Source: Candidatus Moduliflexus flocculans (GTDB lineage Bacteria > Moduliflexota > Moduliflexia > Moduliflexales > Moduliflexaceae). From it: a DNA stretch of 36,035 nucleotides. The DNA lies in assembly GCA_000739515.1 (NCBI GenBank), contig DF820457.1:914080-950114 (forward strand). Reading direction: 5' to 3'. This document shows, in pieces, positions 19,867-30,571 of the stretch (position 1 is the stretch's first letter; each line of letters begins with the position of its first letter). The position numbers and the translations under genes are program-made. The notes below the pieces were generated by a model, which was not told the origin of the DNA, ran no database searches, and saw nothing but the letters and a program-made list of their open reading frames with translations.

Positions 19867-21615
19867 CTACACCCGGCGATAGATATGCAAATTCGGGCCA
19901 GGACGTTCGATTTCATAAAACCCGTGAAATGGAAGATAAAACGTATCCATCTGATCATACCAATTCTCTTTATGTCTGATATTCCCGGCTTCGAATGTTT
20001 TGATCAGACAATACTGTTCGTCTATCAGGCGTTCTATTCCGTCAGGAACCGAATCCCTTCCAAGCAGCGGACTTTTTTGAAGGATGATGTAATCGGGAAG
20101 GTTGCCAGACATAACGTTTTTAATAGAATACTCCCAATCAAAAAATCCTTTGTAGTCTGGCGTGTTCAGAGCGGCTTTGATCTGAATATCAACCAATACT
20201 CCAGAACCACCCTGCTGAACAATTTTTTTATAATTCGTGGTTAACGCTTCAATCGCATAAGGAAATTGCACCTGTCCGAATAATGTGCCTGTTCGATAAA
20301 TGTAGCTCTTGTCAGGCAGATGTTCTATAATCCATTCTGCCGCGATGACTCGAGTATCTTTTTGTGATAACAGGCGATTGTATTGATAGACATTTTTTAC
20401 CGATGGCCAAATAACAACTATTGTGAGTATGATAAGTAGAGGTTTTCGCCATAAGTGAGGAGGTATCATTCGAGCGAATTCGGACACGCAGAATGCTCCC
20501 AATACACAAAAGAACGGGAGCATCGGAATCATATAACGGACAAATACCGTCAGCCCTTTTCCCGCGATGATAAAGTAGAACAGGGGGAAACTTAATATGA
20601 TGCTTGATTGGCGAGGATCACGCATGAAAGAGAGTATACTGCCAACCAGGGCAATAAGAAAAAACGGCCATCCCATGCTATACGGTAAGGTATAGCGAAG
20701 ATGATATCCCCAGCCTCGAAGCGAGTTTACGCCTTGCGCCTGAGTCACGTGCGCAAACTCGAACATGACATCATGCCAAAACGTCCGAATATCAAGAAAA
20801 ACAAACGGACTCCACACAAAAAAAACGCCGATACTGACTCCGGTGAATAGCCATAATCTTTTCGAAAAACATACATGTGGCAGATATGCGTGAGTTCTCC
20901 GTACCAGATGTCTAAAAGAGGCTAAGGGGGACTGTACCGCCCCGATCCGAATGAGTTCAACGGTCACCATCGGAATGATCAAAAATATCCCAGCATATTT
21001 GGTCGCTATGGATAAACCGGTGAAAATTCCTGCGAAGATAAGGACTCTATATTGCAAGTTGGTGTAGGCTTGCAATAGAAACCAGACCGCCCAGGCGATC
21101 CAACACGTCATTGTCACATCCGTCGTTGCAAAATGAGCATCTCTGACATGCAGATACAGAAGGCTCATAAAGGCGGCAGATAATCGTGCGCTTTGCTTAC
21201 TCCTTGTTAAATCAAGGGTAATATAATATACTGGAAAAATCGTGAGTGATCCAAGAAAAGCAGAGACTCCTCTGGCAAACAGAAAAAAATTAGCGGGTGA
21301 TGTGGCGATTTCAACGAGAAACTCAGATAGTGAATGACCCGATATCCAAAAAATAAAAACATATCCCACATAGATCAAAAAGATGAAATACATGTAAAAT
21401 GTTGGGTAATTAAAAAAATGCGGATTCAAATCGCCACGGAAGAATTTGAGGGCGATCATTATGATATGATATTCATCCGGGCGGCAGAGAAGATTGGGCA
21501 AACCAAACCCGATTCCAGATATGCGCACCCCAAATGCGACAAAAAATAGACCGAATAAAACATAATCCTGGTCATGAAAGAGGCATCTTGCTAAATTCCG
21601 TCTACGTAATTGCAT
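19867..21615 (-). CDS. ArnT/PMT-like (GT39-like) membrane glycosyltransferase
   Basis: 582 aa. Motifs RPDE, LNPHFFNYPTFY, HFATTD, IATKY, RYMIPMLPF and DTRVIAAEWI, followed by a soluble C-terminal domain. Confidence 0.8.
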   Translation of the reverse strand: MQLRRRNLARCLFHDQDYVLFGLFFVAFGVRISGIGFGLPNLLCRPDEYHIIMIALKFFRGDLNPHFFNYPTFYMYFIFLIYVGYVFIFWISGHSLSEFLVEIATSPANFFLFARGVSAFLGSLTIFPVYYITLDLTRSKQSARLSAAFMSLLYLHVRDAHFATTDVTMTCWIAWAVWFLLQAYTNLQYRVLIFAGIFTGLSIATKYAGIFLIIPMVTVELIRIGAVQSPLASFRHLVRRTHAYLPHVCFSKRLWLFTGVSIGVFFVWSPFVFLDIRTFWHDVMFEFAHVTQAQGVNSLRGWGYHLRYTLPYSMGWPFFLIALVGSILSFMRDPRQSSIILSFPLFYFIIAGKGLTVFVRYMIPMLPFFCVLGAFCVSEFARMIPPHLWRKPLLIILTIVVIWPSVKNVYQYNRLLSQKDTRVIAAEWIIEHLPDKSYIYRTGTLFGQVQFPYAIEALTTNYKKIVQQGGSGVLVDIQIKAALNTPDYKGFFDWEYSIKNVMSGNLPDYIILQKSPLLGRDSVPDGIERLIDEQYCLIKTFEAGNIRHKENWYDQMDTFYLPFHGFYEIERPGPNLHIYRRV

Positions 21616-23065
21616 GCTTTCTTGCGGGCGAGAGCTCTCGTTCTAAAACAAATATCGAGCCGAAAGATAACCATAAGTAACCGGAAATCGGCATTGAGGC
21701 TAACGCATCTGAAAATAAATAACCAAACAAGGTGGTGATACTGCCAGATAATGCCACGAGGAATATCCCTCTGCTTGTATTGTCAGGCACATTTCGATAC
21801 GATCTGATGCAAGTTTTTATCGGAATAAAAATCATCAAAAGAAAAGAGACAAAGCCGATGCCTCCCATTTCTGCTAGAATTTTTAAATACTGATTATGAG
21901 GAGAAAGTCCATAGGCCAGTTGTTTAGGCGAAAACAATCCAAATCCGATCCCAAAAACCGGATGACTGGAAAAGGTTTTTACCGCCTGAAGCGCTGCATA
22001 TCTGCGAAGATAATCGTTCGTATGATGTGTAACATATAACGCTTGCTGATACGCTCCCTCTCGATAACCAATCAGCCGCATTCTCATATATGTATCATAT
22101 AAATATACTGATAGACTACTGCTAAGGATAAAAAGAATGACTGAAATGAGCGCCTGCCGAGAAAATCTTTTTTGAGAAAGCCAACAATAGTAAATGACTC
22201 CAACAGTAAATAGGCTCAGGAAGGTTTGAAGTATTGCGCCTCGCGAAAATGATAGGAACATCCCAAGCAAGCAGAGTAAACTAATTGGGACGTACAATAC
22301 ATACTTCTTTTTTGGCTGAGTTGAGGTCACTCCGCATATAACGGCGCTTACAAACATCACAACCAGATAACAACCGAGATCATTCGGGTTTGGGAATACG
22401 GATGTCGCTCGTCCATAAAATGTTATATCTGCATTATAAAATGCCTCTAAATATGGAACATGGCCGTTTAGAATATATTGAAGGATCCCTAATAAACTGA
22501 TAATCACGGATACAACGAGCGTAACATCAATCAATCGTCGAATATGCGTCCATGACGTCAGACCATAATATGCGAGATACACCAGCGCAAGTTGATCAAG
22601 AATCAGAGGCCCGTAAAAGAATAAGGATGCTTTCACTTCTACGGTTGTAATGGCGACCATTGAATGTAACGCGGCAACCGTTTCTATGAGTGAGATAATT
22701 AGCGCAACAAGAAAAAAAAGCACCGCCTTCGTAAATTGAGACACATACCGAAAGGGAAACTGCGTGGGCAGTTGATTCATTCGAAGTAAAAGCAAATAGC
22801 CGAAACTTCCCCAGATCAATAACCGTTTAACATAGAGAATTGAGACGAGATGAATATCCCGAAATGGTAGGGCTATTGCGCATATAAAAATGAGGTATTC
22901 GGGTTTTTTTAATATAATCGGGAGTGCAATCGTTCCGAGAACCAGGAGTAATGTGAATGCAACCGGCGAAGAAGAATAATACTTAAAGGCAATATACGCG
23001 GCAAGTATTGTCCCAGAAAATTCCAGTAGCGGTCGCGATATTATCATTTTTCGCAAAGTTTTCAT
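21602..23065 (-). CDS. O-antigen ligase / Wzy polymerase family membrane protein
   Basis: 487 aa polytopic protein. Motifs GRATSVFPNPNDLG, SFSRGA, HPVFGIGFG and PHNQYLKILAEMGGIG. Confidence 0.85.
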   Translation of the reverse strand: MKTLRKMIISRPLLEFSGTILAAYIAFKYYSSSPVAFTLLLVLGTIALPIILKKPEYLIFICAIALPFRDIHLVSILYVKRLLIWGSFGYLLLLRMNQLPTQFPFRYVSQFTKAVLFFLVALIISLIETVAALHSMVAITTVEVKASLFFYGPLILDQLALVYLAYYGLTSWTHIRRLIDVTLVVSVIISLLGILQYILNGHVPYLEAFYNADITFYGRATSVFPNPNDLGCYLVVMFVSAVICGVTSTQPKKKYVLYVPISLLCLLGMFLSFSRGAILQTFLSLFTVGVIYYCWLSQKRFSRQALISVILFILSSSLSVYLYDTYMRMRLIGYREGAYQQALYVTHHTNDYLRRYAALQAVKTFSSHPVFGIGFGLFSPKQLAYGLSPHNQYLKILAEMGGIGFVSFLLMIFIPIKTCIRSYRNVPDNTSRGIFLVALSGSITTLFGYLFSDALASMPISGYLWLSFGSIFVLERELSPARKHAIT

Positions 23066-24243
23066 GCTTTTTCTCTCAACAAATGGTCATATACATTTTC
23101 GATGCGATGAATCATACTTTCCATTAAAAAATGTTCCTCGATTCGTTTTCTTGCGTTCTGGCCATATTTTATACGTTGATTGGGATGATGTAATAGTTCC
23201 AGCAGCGCCGCAGCAAGCGCGTGAGCATCTCCCGCTGGAACGATTCGCCCCGTTTCTCCGTCGATTACCGCTTCAGGGTTCCCTCCGACAGATGTGGCGA
23301 CGACCGGTTTCCCCGCCGCCATCGCTTCTAAAATCGCATTCGAAAATCCCTCTTCATACGAGGCCGAGACAACAATATCCATTATGCTCAACATCATTGG
23401 AACATCAGATGAAAAACCCGCGAACACGACATGCTGTCGAATGTGGTAACTATCACAAAGTTTCTGGAGTTCGGAAAGAAGCCCTTCTCGGTCTTCTCCG
23501 ATACAAAGGGCATAGATGTTTGGGTAGCTCTGAATGATCTCTGCAATGGCGAGAAGCAATTCTTGATGTCCTTTGTAGCGATACAGATTGGCAATCATTC
23601 CAATCACCAGAGAGGCCGCAGGGATTGATAATTGTTCTTTTAGTTGGGTAATCTGCGGTTTTGCCAGAATGTCAGATGAATATTTCTGGGTATCAATTCC
23701 ATTGTAAATAACTTCCAGTTTGTCAACAGTGATTCGTTCCCGTTGCAATACATCGCATAAGACTGCGTGAGAATTCACCAACACCTTGTCAGTAAATCGA
23801 TTCACAATATTTTCAAGGCATTGAAAATATATCACGCGATCTTTGAACATGCCCAAACTTCGCCGGTTGGTAATTAAAATAGGTACTCCTGTCAACCTTG
23901 ATACGAAGCCGCCGTATAACGACGGCGTAAACATAAAACAATGAAGAATATCTGGGCGTTCTCGCCTCAAATAGCGGTAGAGCGCAAAGAGTTTCCGTCC
24001 ATACGCAACAATGCCGCGATATTTGGTTTCATGAACAGATACGGAAATTCCAGCTTGTTCAGCATCGTGTTTAAGCAATCCGCCATTGGAAATCGCATAA
24101 ATTCGCGCGTCGAATTTCGAGCGATCAAGGCGAATCGCTGTTTCGACAAGCTGTCGTTCTGCACCTCCAACGGCTAATGTGCCAATAAGGTAAACTATTT
24201 TTTTTCGAGTTGTCAAGTTAATTTTATCCCTTTTAGATGTCAT
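23062..24243 (-). CDS. Glycosyltransferase family 4
   Basis: 393 aa. Motifs GGAERQL, IYNGID, YKGH and EGFSNAILEAMAAGKP. Confidence 0.92.
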   Translation of the reverse strand: MTSKRDKINLTTRKKIVYLIGTLAVGGAERQLVETAIRLDRSKFDARIYAISNGGLLKHDAEQAGISVSVHETKYRGIVAYGRKLFALYRYLRRERPDILHCFMFTPSLYGGFVSRLTGVPILITNRRSLGMFKDRVIYFQCLENIVNRFTDKVLVNSHAVLCDVLQRERITVDKLEVIYNGIDTQKYSSDILAKPQITQLKEQLSIPAASLVIGMIANLYRYKGHQELLLAIAEIIQSYPNIYALCIGEDREGLLSELQKLCDSYHIRQHVVFAGFSSDVPMMLSIMDIVVSASYEEGFSNAILEAMAAGKPVVATSVGGNPEAVIDGETGRIVPAGDAHALAAALLELLHHPNQRIKYGQNARKRIEEHFLMESMIHRIENVYDHLLREKA

Positions 24244-24338
24244 AACCTATGCCAAGCATCAAAAAGTTTCTCTTACATATAATTATCGAGGCGCTCCAAT
24301 GTGTAAAGGTTATTTTTAGATAGCCTCAGTAATAAATT

Positions 24339-25526
24339 TTACAAAAATGGTTGTAACCGGTGTGATGTACCTTTTCCGCAGACTTCGTTATAAAGTGTCT
24401 CGGTTTGCGATATAAGCCGACCTATACTGAATCGACTCTCTGCCTCTTGTCTGGCGTATTGCCCAAATTGTTCACGCAGGCGTTGGTCCCGTAACAACCG
24501 TTCGACGGCTTGCGCTATCGCAATGGGGTCGCGTTCAGGAATTAATAATCCACTTCGTTCATTATCAATGAGTTCGATCGTGCCACCGGCACGTGTGGCA
24601 ACAATCGCTTTTCCTGCGGCCATGCCTTCTAACACAGCATTCGGCAGTCCTTCAGAATGCGATGAAGATACCAGAATATCCAGTGTTGCAAGCAATTCCG
24701 GAACATCGTTGCGCTGACCAAGAAATCGCACAACATGACCAACTCCCAAACGATCCGCCAATCCAGCAAAGTCTGCCTGTAATCCGTCATCTCTCCCTAT
24801 AAATAGCCACACGACATCAGGAAATGACCGATATACATACATTGCGGCTTCGATTGCGTCTTGTAATCCTTTATAGGGACGTAAGTTCGAGACGATCCCA
24901 ATAACTGGAGCGTCTGGAGAGATATTCAACTCTTGTCTTTTATTTTGTCTATCAACAGTGACTTGATAACGACGGTAGTCAATTCCATTACGTAAAACAA
25001 AAATTTTATCTGCTGTAATACCGGATTCATGCAAAAGAGAATGTTGTTTGGCCGCTTCAGAATTGGACAGAATAAGCGTGGCCCAACGGTTTGATAATGC
25101 AAGCAGCCAGCGATAATATGGGCGCAAAATATCGCGTTCACTCAGGCCGCGTCGTCCCGTGATAATGACCGGAACTCTGGCCAATTTTGCAGCAATGCTA
25201 CCATAGATATTGGCCCAGAATAAAAAGGTTTGCACTATATCCGGTTGTTCTCGCCGTATATAGAAGATGAGGCTGGTTAAAAATTTCGCAAGATGCCAGT
25301 ACGATGAGATACGTGTTTTTGTGTTAAGTCCAAAAAACTCGAACATTGTCACAAAAATGCCGAGGGACTCGAGTTGTCGCCGCAACACGCCGTCTTTTCC
25401 AAAACCTGCAACGCGAAGCTCAAATCGATCTCGATCAAGTCGTCGAAGCGTTTCTAATATCTGAGTTTCCGTACCGCCAATATCAAATGAGCCGAGAAGA
25501 TACACAATTTTGATTTTTTTTTTCAT
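24339..25526 (-). CDS. Glycosyltransferase family 4
   Basis: 395 aa. Motifs GGTETQ, LRNGID, YKG and EGLPNAVLEGMAAGK. Confidence 0.92.
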   Translation of the reverse strand: MKKKIKIVYLLGSFDIGGTETQILETLRRLDRDRFELRVAGFGKDGVLRRQLESLGIFVTMFEFFGLNTKTRISSYWHLAKFLTSLIFYIRREQPDIVQTFLFWANIYGSIAAKLARVPVIITGRRGLSERDILRPYYRWLLALSNRWATLILSNSEAAKQHSLLHESGITADKIFVLRNGIDYRRYQVTVDRQNKRQELNISPDAPVIGIVSNLRPYKGLQDAIEAAMYVYRSFPDVVWLFIGRDDGLQADFAGLADRLGVGHVVRFLGQRNDVPELLATLDILVSSSHSEGLPNAVLEGMAAGKAIVATRAGGTIELIDNERSGLLIPERDPIAIAQAVERLLRDQRLREQFGQYARQEAESRFSIGRLISQTETLYNEVCGKGTSHRLQPFL

Positions 25527-26965
25527 TTTATTTGGTAAACGGTAAAATCAGAATTTGTAAATCGCACATTCCATGAAACATTATGTCGCTGAACAAACTC
25601 AGTAAAAAATAATTCGTCTAACGGACTCGTAATAATATAATTAACGCCAAGCGAGGTGAAATAATCCAGAAGTTCTTGATCTGAACCGGGACGGTGATAC
25701 ATCCCTGACTGTCGATCTGTGAATAAGGCTAATACGCGAGGTTTCCGAAAAATGCAGACTGCATCTGAGGGCGTCTGTTGGGTGATAAATACAAACAATT
25801 CTTGCGCGGTTGACGTGGTGACTCCCGGTGTAAATGCTCCGTATTCTGCATGAGAATATTGAGCGAAATACGTCATCGCAATCATTAGCATCGCCGCGCC
25901 GATGGGAATAAATTTCTGAGGCATCCTGAAAATACCTCTGGAGCAAGCAGCAATAGCGCGGAGCATGTAGGCGACATACAACGGGAATAAAGGAAATAAA
26001 TAACGGAGTTGGCTGAATGGAAAAAGAAGAATTAACAGGGTGTAGAACAGGCCAAATACCTCGAAAATCGTCACCTTGACTCGAATGCGTATCACAAACC
26101 CTGTGAATGCCAGCAGCGCTGTCACTAACAACAAAGCATGCCGTCCCAATCGAAACGAGCCATTATCCCAGAAGATTGCCATTCGCTGCGCGTACTTACA
26201 CACGTTTTCGAAAATTGTTTCAACGGTCATACTGGCAAATTGATCGCCATAGCTGCTATCATTATGCGCCAGAACGCCCTGAACCACCATCAAGCAGACA
26301 AACACAATCGTGGCGCTCAACGTCAAGCGTGAAATTCGTCGTCGTCGTAACAGTTCGTACGCCCACAGGCTGGGAATGAGGACAAGCCCCGGACTTCTCG
26401 CGCCATACGCAAGATACATCAACACGCCCGCCAGCAGACCGGCTAGGAGGTTATCTCTACGAGAATGCTCTGCGTGAAAGGCGCGATGAATCGTCAGCAG
26501 GCTCAGATAGACGAATAAGAGGAATGGAATATCCGAAAGAATATGGTCTTTAAATTCCCAAAAACATGGGTTGAAACCGATGATGGCGACCAGAAGCAGC
26601 GCATACGCTGGAGAGAGTTCTGCTTCGAATGCCTTGAATAGCACCCAGAGCGCGATCAAAAAGACGAACAGTAATTCGACTTTCATTGCCGTCAAATTCA
26701 GCCCGAACAGCGCGTAGACCGGCGCTAACACCAGTGGAAACACCGGCGGAAATGTTTCCGGTCCGACTGTCGCATTCTTCGGGTTATAGATATAGCCGAT
26801 GTCTTTATATGGAATGCCTTCAACGAGATTTTTGGCGTGGTGAATATACAGGCTGAAATCGCCGCCCCAATCATGTCCTTCGCGAAACGTGGCGGCATAA
26901 AATCCGCCGTTCACAACAAGTAAAACCAATAACGCGCGATATTGGGCTCTTAATATGTGCATCAT
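25523..26965 (-). CDS. GT-C-type (ArnT/PMT-like) membrane glycosyltransferase
   Basis: 480 aa polytopic protein. Motifs WGGDFSLY, FPPVFPLVLAP, ILSDIPF and RYLFPLFP, then a short soluble C-terminal domain. Confidence 0.7.
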   Translation of the reverse strand: MMHILRAQYRALLVLLVVNGGFYAATFREGHDWGGDFSLYIHHAKNLVEGIPYKDIGYIYNPKNATVGPETFPPVFPLVLAPVYALFGLNLTAMKVELLFVFLIALWVLFKAFEAELSPAYALLLVAIIGFNPCFWEFKDHILSDIPFLLFVYLSLLTIHRAFHAEHSRRDNLLAGLLAGVLMYLAYGARSPGLVLIPSLWAYELLRRRRISRLTLSATIVFVCLMVVQGVLAHNDSSYGDQFASMTVETIFENVCKYAQRMAIFWDNGSFRLGRHALLLVTALLAFTGFVIRIRVKVTIFEVFGLFYTLLILLFPFSQLRYLFPLFPLYVAYMLRAIAACSRGIFRMPQKFIPIGAAMLMIAMTYFAQYSHAEYGAFTPGVTTSTAQELFVFITQQTPSDAVCIFRKPRVLALFTDRQSGMYHRPGSDQELLDYFTSLGVNYIITSPLDELFFTEFVQRHNVSWNVRFTNSDFTVYQIK

Positions 26966-26971
26966 CGTTCC

Positions 26972-28363
26972 TTAGTTTCTTGATCCTGCTGTCGCTGTAT
27001 TCCAGAGATGGCGATAGAGGTGGTATACCAGCGCTATTGTTACCATGGTGTACACAGCAGACGTACTCATGGCGATGCCAACATGCCCCCAATATGACAT
27101 AAATATTCGATTGAGCAGAATATTTACGCCAATGCTTATGCCGGAAACCCAGGTTAAGATCGTATTTCGCTGTAACGCATTGTATATCCTGGCTGTTAAA
27201 ATTCCGACAGCTTGTATCGGCAACCCGATAGAGTAAGCGATCCATGCGTTTGCTGTGGCAACAGTGGATTCTCCTGAAAACGCGCCACGCTCAAACGTTT
27301 GTTTTACCAACCATTCTCCCCCAAAAATAATGATAAGAACGACTGGAAACAAAATAAACAACAGGCGGGCAATCGTCAGCAAAAAGGTCTTTTTCAGTGC
27401 TGCAAATTCGCCCGCCGCTACTTGTTTTGCAAAAAAAGGAAAGACCGCGCTTGATGTCATCATAATGAACATTTGCGTCGAAAGATTATGCAGACGGATC
27501 GCATAGTGCAAGGAGGCAATGCTTCCAGTTGGAAGCGTGGAAGCCATCATTTGATCTATTGCCACATTAAGGTGCCCAAATGATGCGCTAAGTAATAACG
27601 GCGTCATGGTACGTCCGATTGACAAAAATTCTATATTCAGCAACGCTAATCGGGGCCATCGTTTAGGGAAGAGAGAACGAAGTCCAAATGCAATCAGGGC
27701 AATCTCCACAAACGCTGCCGTAATCATTCCCCAAAGCAACGAAAATATGCCCTGTTGTCGAAAAAGCAACAGATACCCCAGCGAGATGATTCCACCAACG
27801 ACAGGGACAAGCGCCGAAAAGAAAAAACGGTGGTGCGCCTGCAAAAGAGCAATTCCCAAATTAATCAATACAGACAACACAAAGAGACCGATAGAAATTT
27901 TCAGGAGTGATGTCGTTAATGCAAGCTGCGACGGGGTGAATCCCTGTCCTAAAGAGATCGAGATGAACTTGCTCCCAGTCCACAGCGCCACACTAATACA
28001 GACAAGGACGCCAAGCAACCATATCGTAAATGAGGCAAGCCTATCGACCGCTGTTTCGATTTCGAAAGTCTCTTGCCACTTCAGATAACGCGGAATCATT
28101 GCCGCGTGAATTGCACCACTGATCATGCCAAATAAAAATAAATACGGGGTCAGCGACAACACATACGCATCGAATTCGCCTGATGTTCCATAATATCTGG
28201 CAATGAGCAGCGATTTAAAAAAACTGATACCATTTTCCAATAGCAACCCTGTCATAAGCGTCAGGGTTGCCCTTTGAATCTGTGCCATTTGAGAAGAGTG
28301 TATCTTCTTAAACACGAGAGAGGAAAATCGGTGTAACACAAGCTGTATCATAGATTTTTTCAT
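26972..28363 (-). CDS. MurJ/MviN-like MOP-family flippase
   Basis: 463 aa with many TM helices. Motifs IARYYGTSGEFDAY, IDQMMASTLPTGSIASLHYAIRL, FERGAF and GHVGIAMSTS. Confidence 0.85.
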   Translation of the reverse strand: MKKSMIQLVLHRFSSLVFKKIHSSQMAQIQRATLTLMTGLLLENGISFFKSLLIARYYGTSGEFDAYVLSLTPYLFLFGMISGAIHAAMIPRYLKWQETFEIETAVDRLASFTIWLLGVLVCISVALWTGSKFISISLGQGFTPSQLALTTSLLKISIGLFVLSVLINLGIALLQAHHRFFFSALVPVVGGIISLGYLLLFRQQGIFSLLWGMITAAFVEIALIAFGLRSLFPKRWPRLALLNIEFLSIGRTMTPLLLSASFGHLNVAIDQMMASTLPTGSIASLHYAIRLHNLSTQMFIMMTSSAVFPFFAKQVAAGEFAALKKTFLLTIARLLFILFPVVLIIIFGGEWLVKQTFERGAFSGESTVATANAWIAYSIGLPIQAVGILTARIYNALQRNTILTWVSGISIGVNILLNRIFMSYWGHVGIAMSTSAVYTMVTIALVYHLYRHLWNTATAGSRN

Positions 28364-28443
28364 GGTTTATCGTTTTGCGTTCTGATACTCGCTCACGTAT
28401 TTCTCTCTACGGATTGCAACCACTTATCAGTCATGAAATCCAT

Positions 28444-29757
28444 CTATTCTAAAGAGGTCCTGTTCTCCGGGTTCTTTGCTGTTTTTCTTAAAAGCAGACG
28501 GATCATATATTCTCCCTGAGCATGTAGTCCCTGATTAAGTGTGTCAATACTGTCGAATTTGAACACGCTATTCGTTGTCGGAACGTCAGAATCCCCCCAT
28601 ACGTTCACAAAATTCCCATTTGATGAAGCACCTAATGTTCTAACGTATACCGAAATTCTTTTTTTCCCATATAAGACGATTGGAGGAAATGAAATGTCAA
28701 TCCAATCAGATTCGGAAGGCAACTCTCTATGATTGAATTGACGAATCAGTGTGTCATCAATTGAAACCAAAACGGTACAATCTCCGGGATCCCCTCTGGA
28801 AATGAATAATTTCAGAAAGGCTTCACGATAAGTGGTGATATCGTCCGGCACGCAAAGCTCTTTTTTAATACGCTCGTTGTCATCTGTCAAATGAGTACGC
28901 CATTCTGGCGTTCCATCGTCATTGCCGATTTCAAGTTCATTGTTTTGTTGATGCGCCTGCAATACGCAATCGATCGCTTTTTCATCGGGAAATGCGCGAC
29001 GGCGTTCGATATCGCTGGCATAATCCAGGCGTTGATCATATAGAAATCGTGCAAACGTCATGAGGTTGTCCTGTGTCTCCGGAAAAAAGGTGCGTAACAC
29101 ATTGATATCTTGAAACGTCGGCCATAGATTGTCCAAAACTGTTCGGAGATGTTGTGGATGCTCGTTCACCATCTCATAGATCAATCGTAATGCCATGTTT
29201 CGATCATATTGATAAGACCAAGCACCAATAATCGTTCGAAGAAAAACACTGTTGGGAGCAAATCGGATGGCGGCGGCGAAAAATTTTCCAGCGCGGCATT
29301 TTGCGTTGAGTTTCCCTGCATCGCTTGAGCAATTTCCCCGGCTCAGTTCCAGTCTCCCTAACTCATAATAATTCCAACTGTTTGCTGGATCGCGTAAGAC
29401 CGCGTATTTGATGTCGAATTCAGCCTCTTGAAATCGTTCGTGTTGTTGAGTTTTCACGGCAGGGGGCTGCGATTCGGCGGTGGCCCTGTGCAAAAAATTC
29501 CCGCGTTCCATCCGCCAGCGCGGATTGCCATGTTCGAATTGCGATGCGCGTTCGAGCATGCCAGAGGCTTTATCCAATTGCTCTTCGGTCATCACCGCTT
29601 CAGTTTTATCAGCAGTCATGCTGATAAAATGCTGATAGGCTGATAGCGCTGCCAACCCCTTACTCGTTGGCAGCGCATACAGCAACAGCAGCCCGGCGGC
29701 ACTGATCAGTAGCATATAAAATTTCAACGATGAGACTCGAATATAACGTGATATCAT
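28444..29757 (-). CDS. Membrane-anchored hypothetical protein with TPR-like repeats and a beta-rich C-terminal domain
   Basis: 437 aa. N-terminal TM and TPR-like turns (AVLRDPANSWNYYELG, AIRFAPNS). Start overlaps the methyltransferase stop (ATGA). Confidence 0.6.
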   Translation of the reverse strand: MISRYIRVSSLKFYMLLISAAGLLLLYALPTSKGLAALSAYQHFISMTADKTEAVMTEEQLDKASGMLERASQFEHGNPRWRMERGNFLHRATAESQPPAVKTQQHERFQEAEFDIKYAVLRDPANSWNYYELGRLELSRGNCSSDAGKLNAKCRAGKFFAAAIRFAPNSVFLRTIIGAWSYQYDRNMALRLIYEMVNEHPQHLRTVLDNLWPTFQDINVLRTFFPETQDNLMTFARFLYDQRLDYASDIERRRAFPDEKAIDCVLQAHQQNNELEIGNDDGTPEWRTHLTDDNERIKKELCVPDDITTYREAFLKLFISRGDPGDCTVLVSIDDTLIRQFNHRELPSESDWIDISFPPIVLYGKKRISVYVRTLGASSNGNFVNVWGDSDVPTTNSVFKFDSIDTLNQGLHAQGEYMIRLLLRKTAKNPENRTSLE

Positions 29758-30560
29758 GTGTTTCGTGGCGACTGCTTTACGAAAAGATATTCTATTGCTG
29801 CTTCGCTGGTTGCAAGATTCACCAATTCTAACGACAGTTCTTTTCTGGCAAACCTCAACACCTCTTCGATAGTCGCATGTTCATAAGGATATCCGCCTAA
29901 CCAATCCCGAATATCTGTCATATATGCCATTCCACGTCGTTGTTGATACTCGCGCATTTCTCGTAACGGATTTCGACCGTCTCTCAATTGTCGAAACCAT
30001 TTACTCATCAGAAACCAGAATTCTATTAGACGCTTTCCCAATGGAGATGCATAATTATAACGTTGTTTTATTCTTGTCCAGTACGCGCTTTTCGGAGTCG
30101 TGACATACAAGGAAATATACAATTGCCCGCGTTCGTTCATCAAGTTTGCAGCATTTTCAATCGCTTGCCACATCTGTCCGGTATGATGCAGCACTCCCCA
30201 TGAATAGACAATATCCATTTTCTCAATGTGCGCAAGAAAATCGGCGTTCAGAATAGATCCTTCCGTCACTGTCCAATGAGAAGGCTTGCCTGCTGATTCC
30301 CACAGGTATTGCGTGGCTGCAACCGAAAACGGATCGTTATCGAAACTGACAATGTGTTCCGCGCCTAATTCGCAGGCTGCTAACGATGATAAACCGCTGC
30401 CGCAGCCAATATCAAGAAACGAATATCCCTTCAACTGCTCTTTGTCAAGAAATCGGGCAAGATGCTCTTTTGCAATTGCGACACGCTCCGGTGTCAGGCA
30501 ATGTTTGACAAAGGCGTACCAATTTTCTCCGAAAGAAAACGAAACGGTTGTGTTTTGCAT
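29754..30560 (-). CDS. Class I SAM-dependent methyltransferase
   Basis: Motifs FSFGENW, FLDIGCGSG, YSWGVLHHTG and DWLGGYPYE. True start is ATG 30560 with a GAGGA RBS; the ORF extension to 30662 runs through the inserted element. Confidence 0.88.
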   Translation of the reverse strand: MQNTTVSFSFGENWYAFVKHCLTPERVAIAKEHLARFLDKEQLKGYSFLDIGCGSGLSSLAACELGAEHIVSFDNDPFSVAATQYLWESAGKPSHWTVTEGSILNADFLAHIEKMDIVYSWGVLHHTGQMWQAIENAANLMNERGQLYISLYVTTPKSAYWTRIKQRYNYASPLGKRLIEFWFLMSKWFRQLRDGRNPLREMREYQQRRGMAYMTDIRDWLGGYPYEHATIEEVLRFARKELSLELVNLATSEAAIEYLFVKQSPRNT

Positions 30561-30571
30561 AATTTTCCTCT

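Noticed and set aside
903-24327. Short aggct-started motifs resembling IS ends at 903, 16687 and 24308..24327
   Set aside because: Too short and divergent, with no paired ends or target duplications identifiable.
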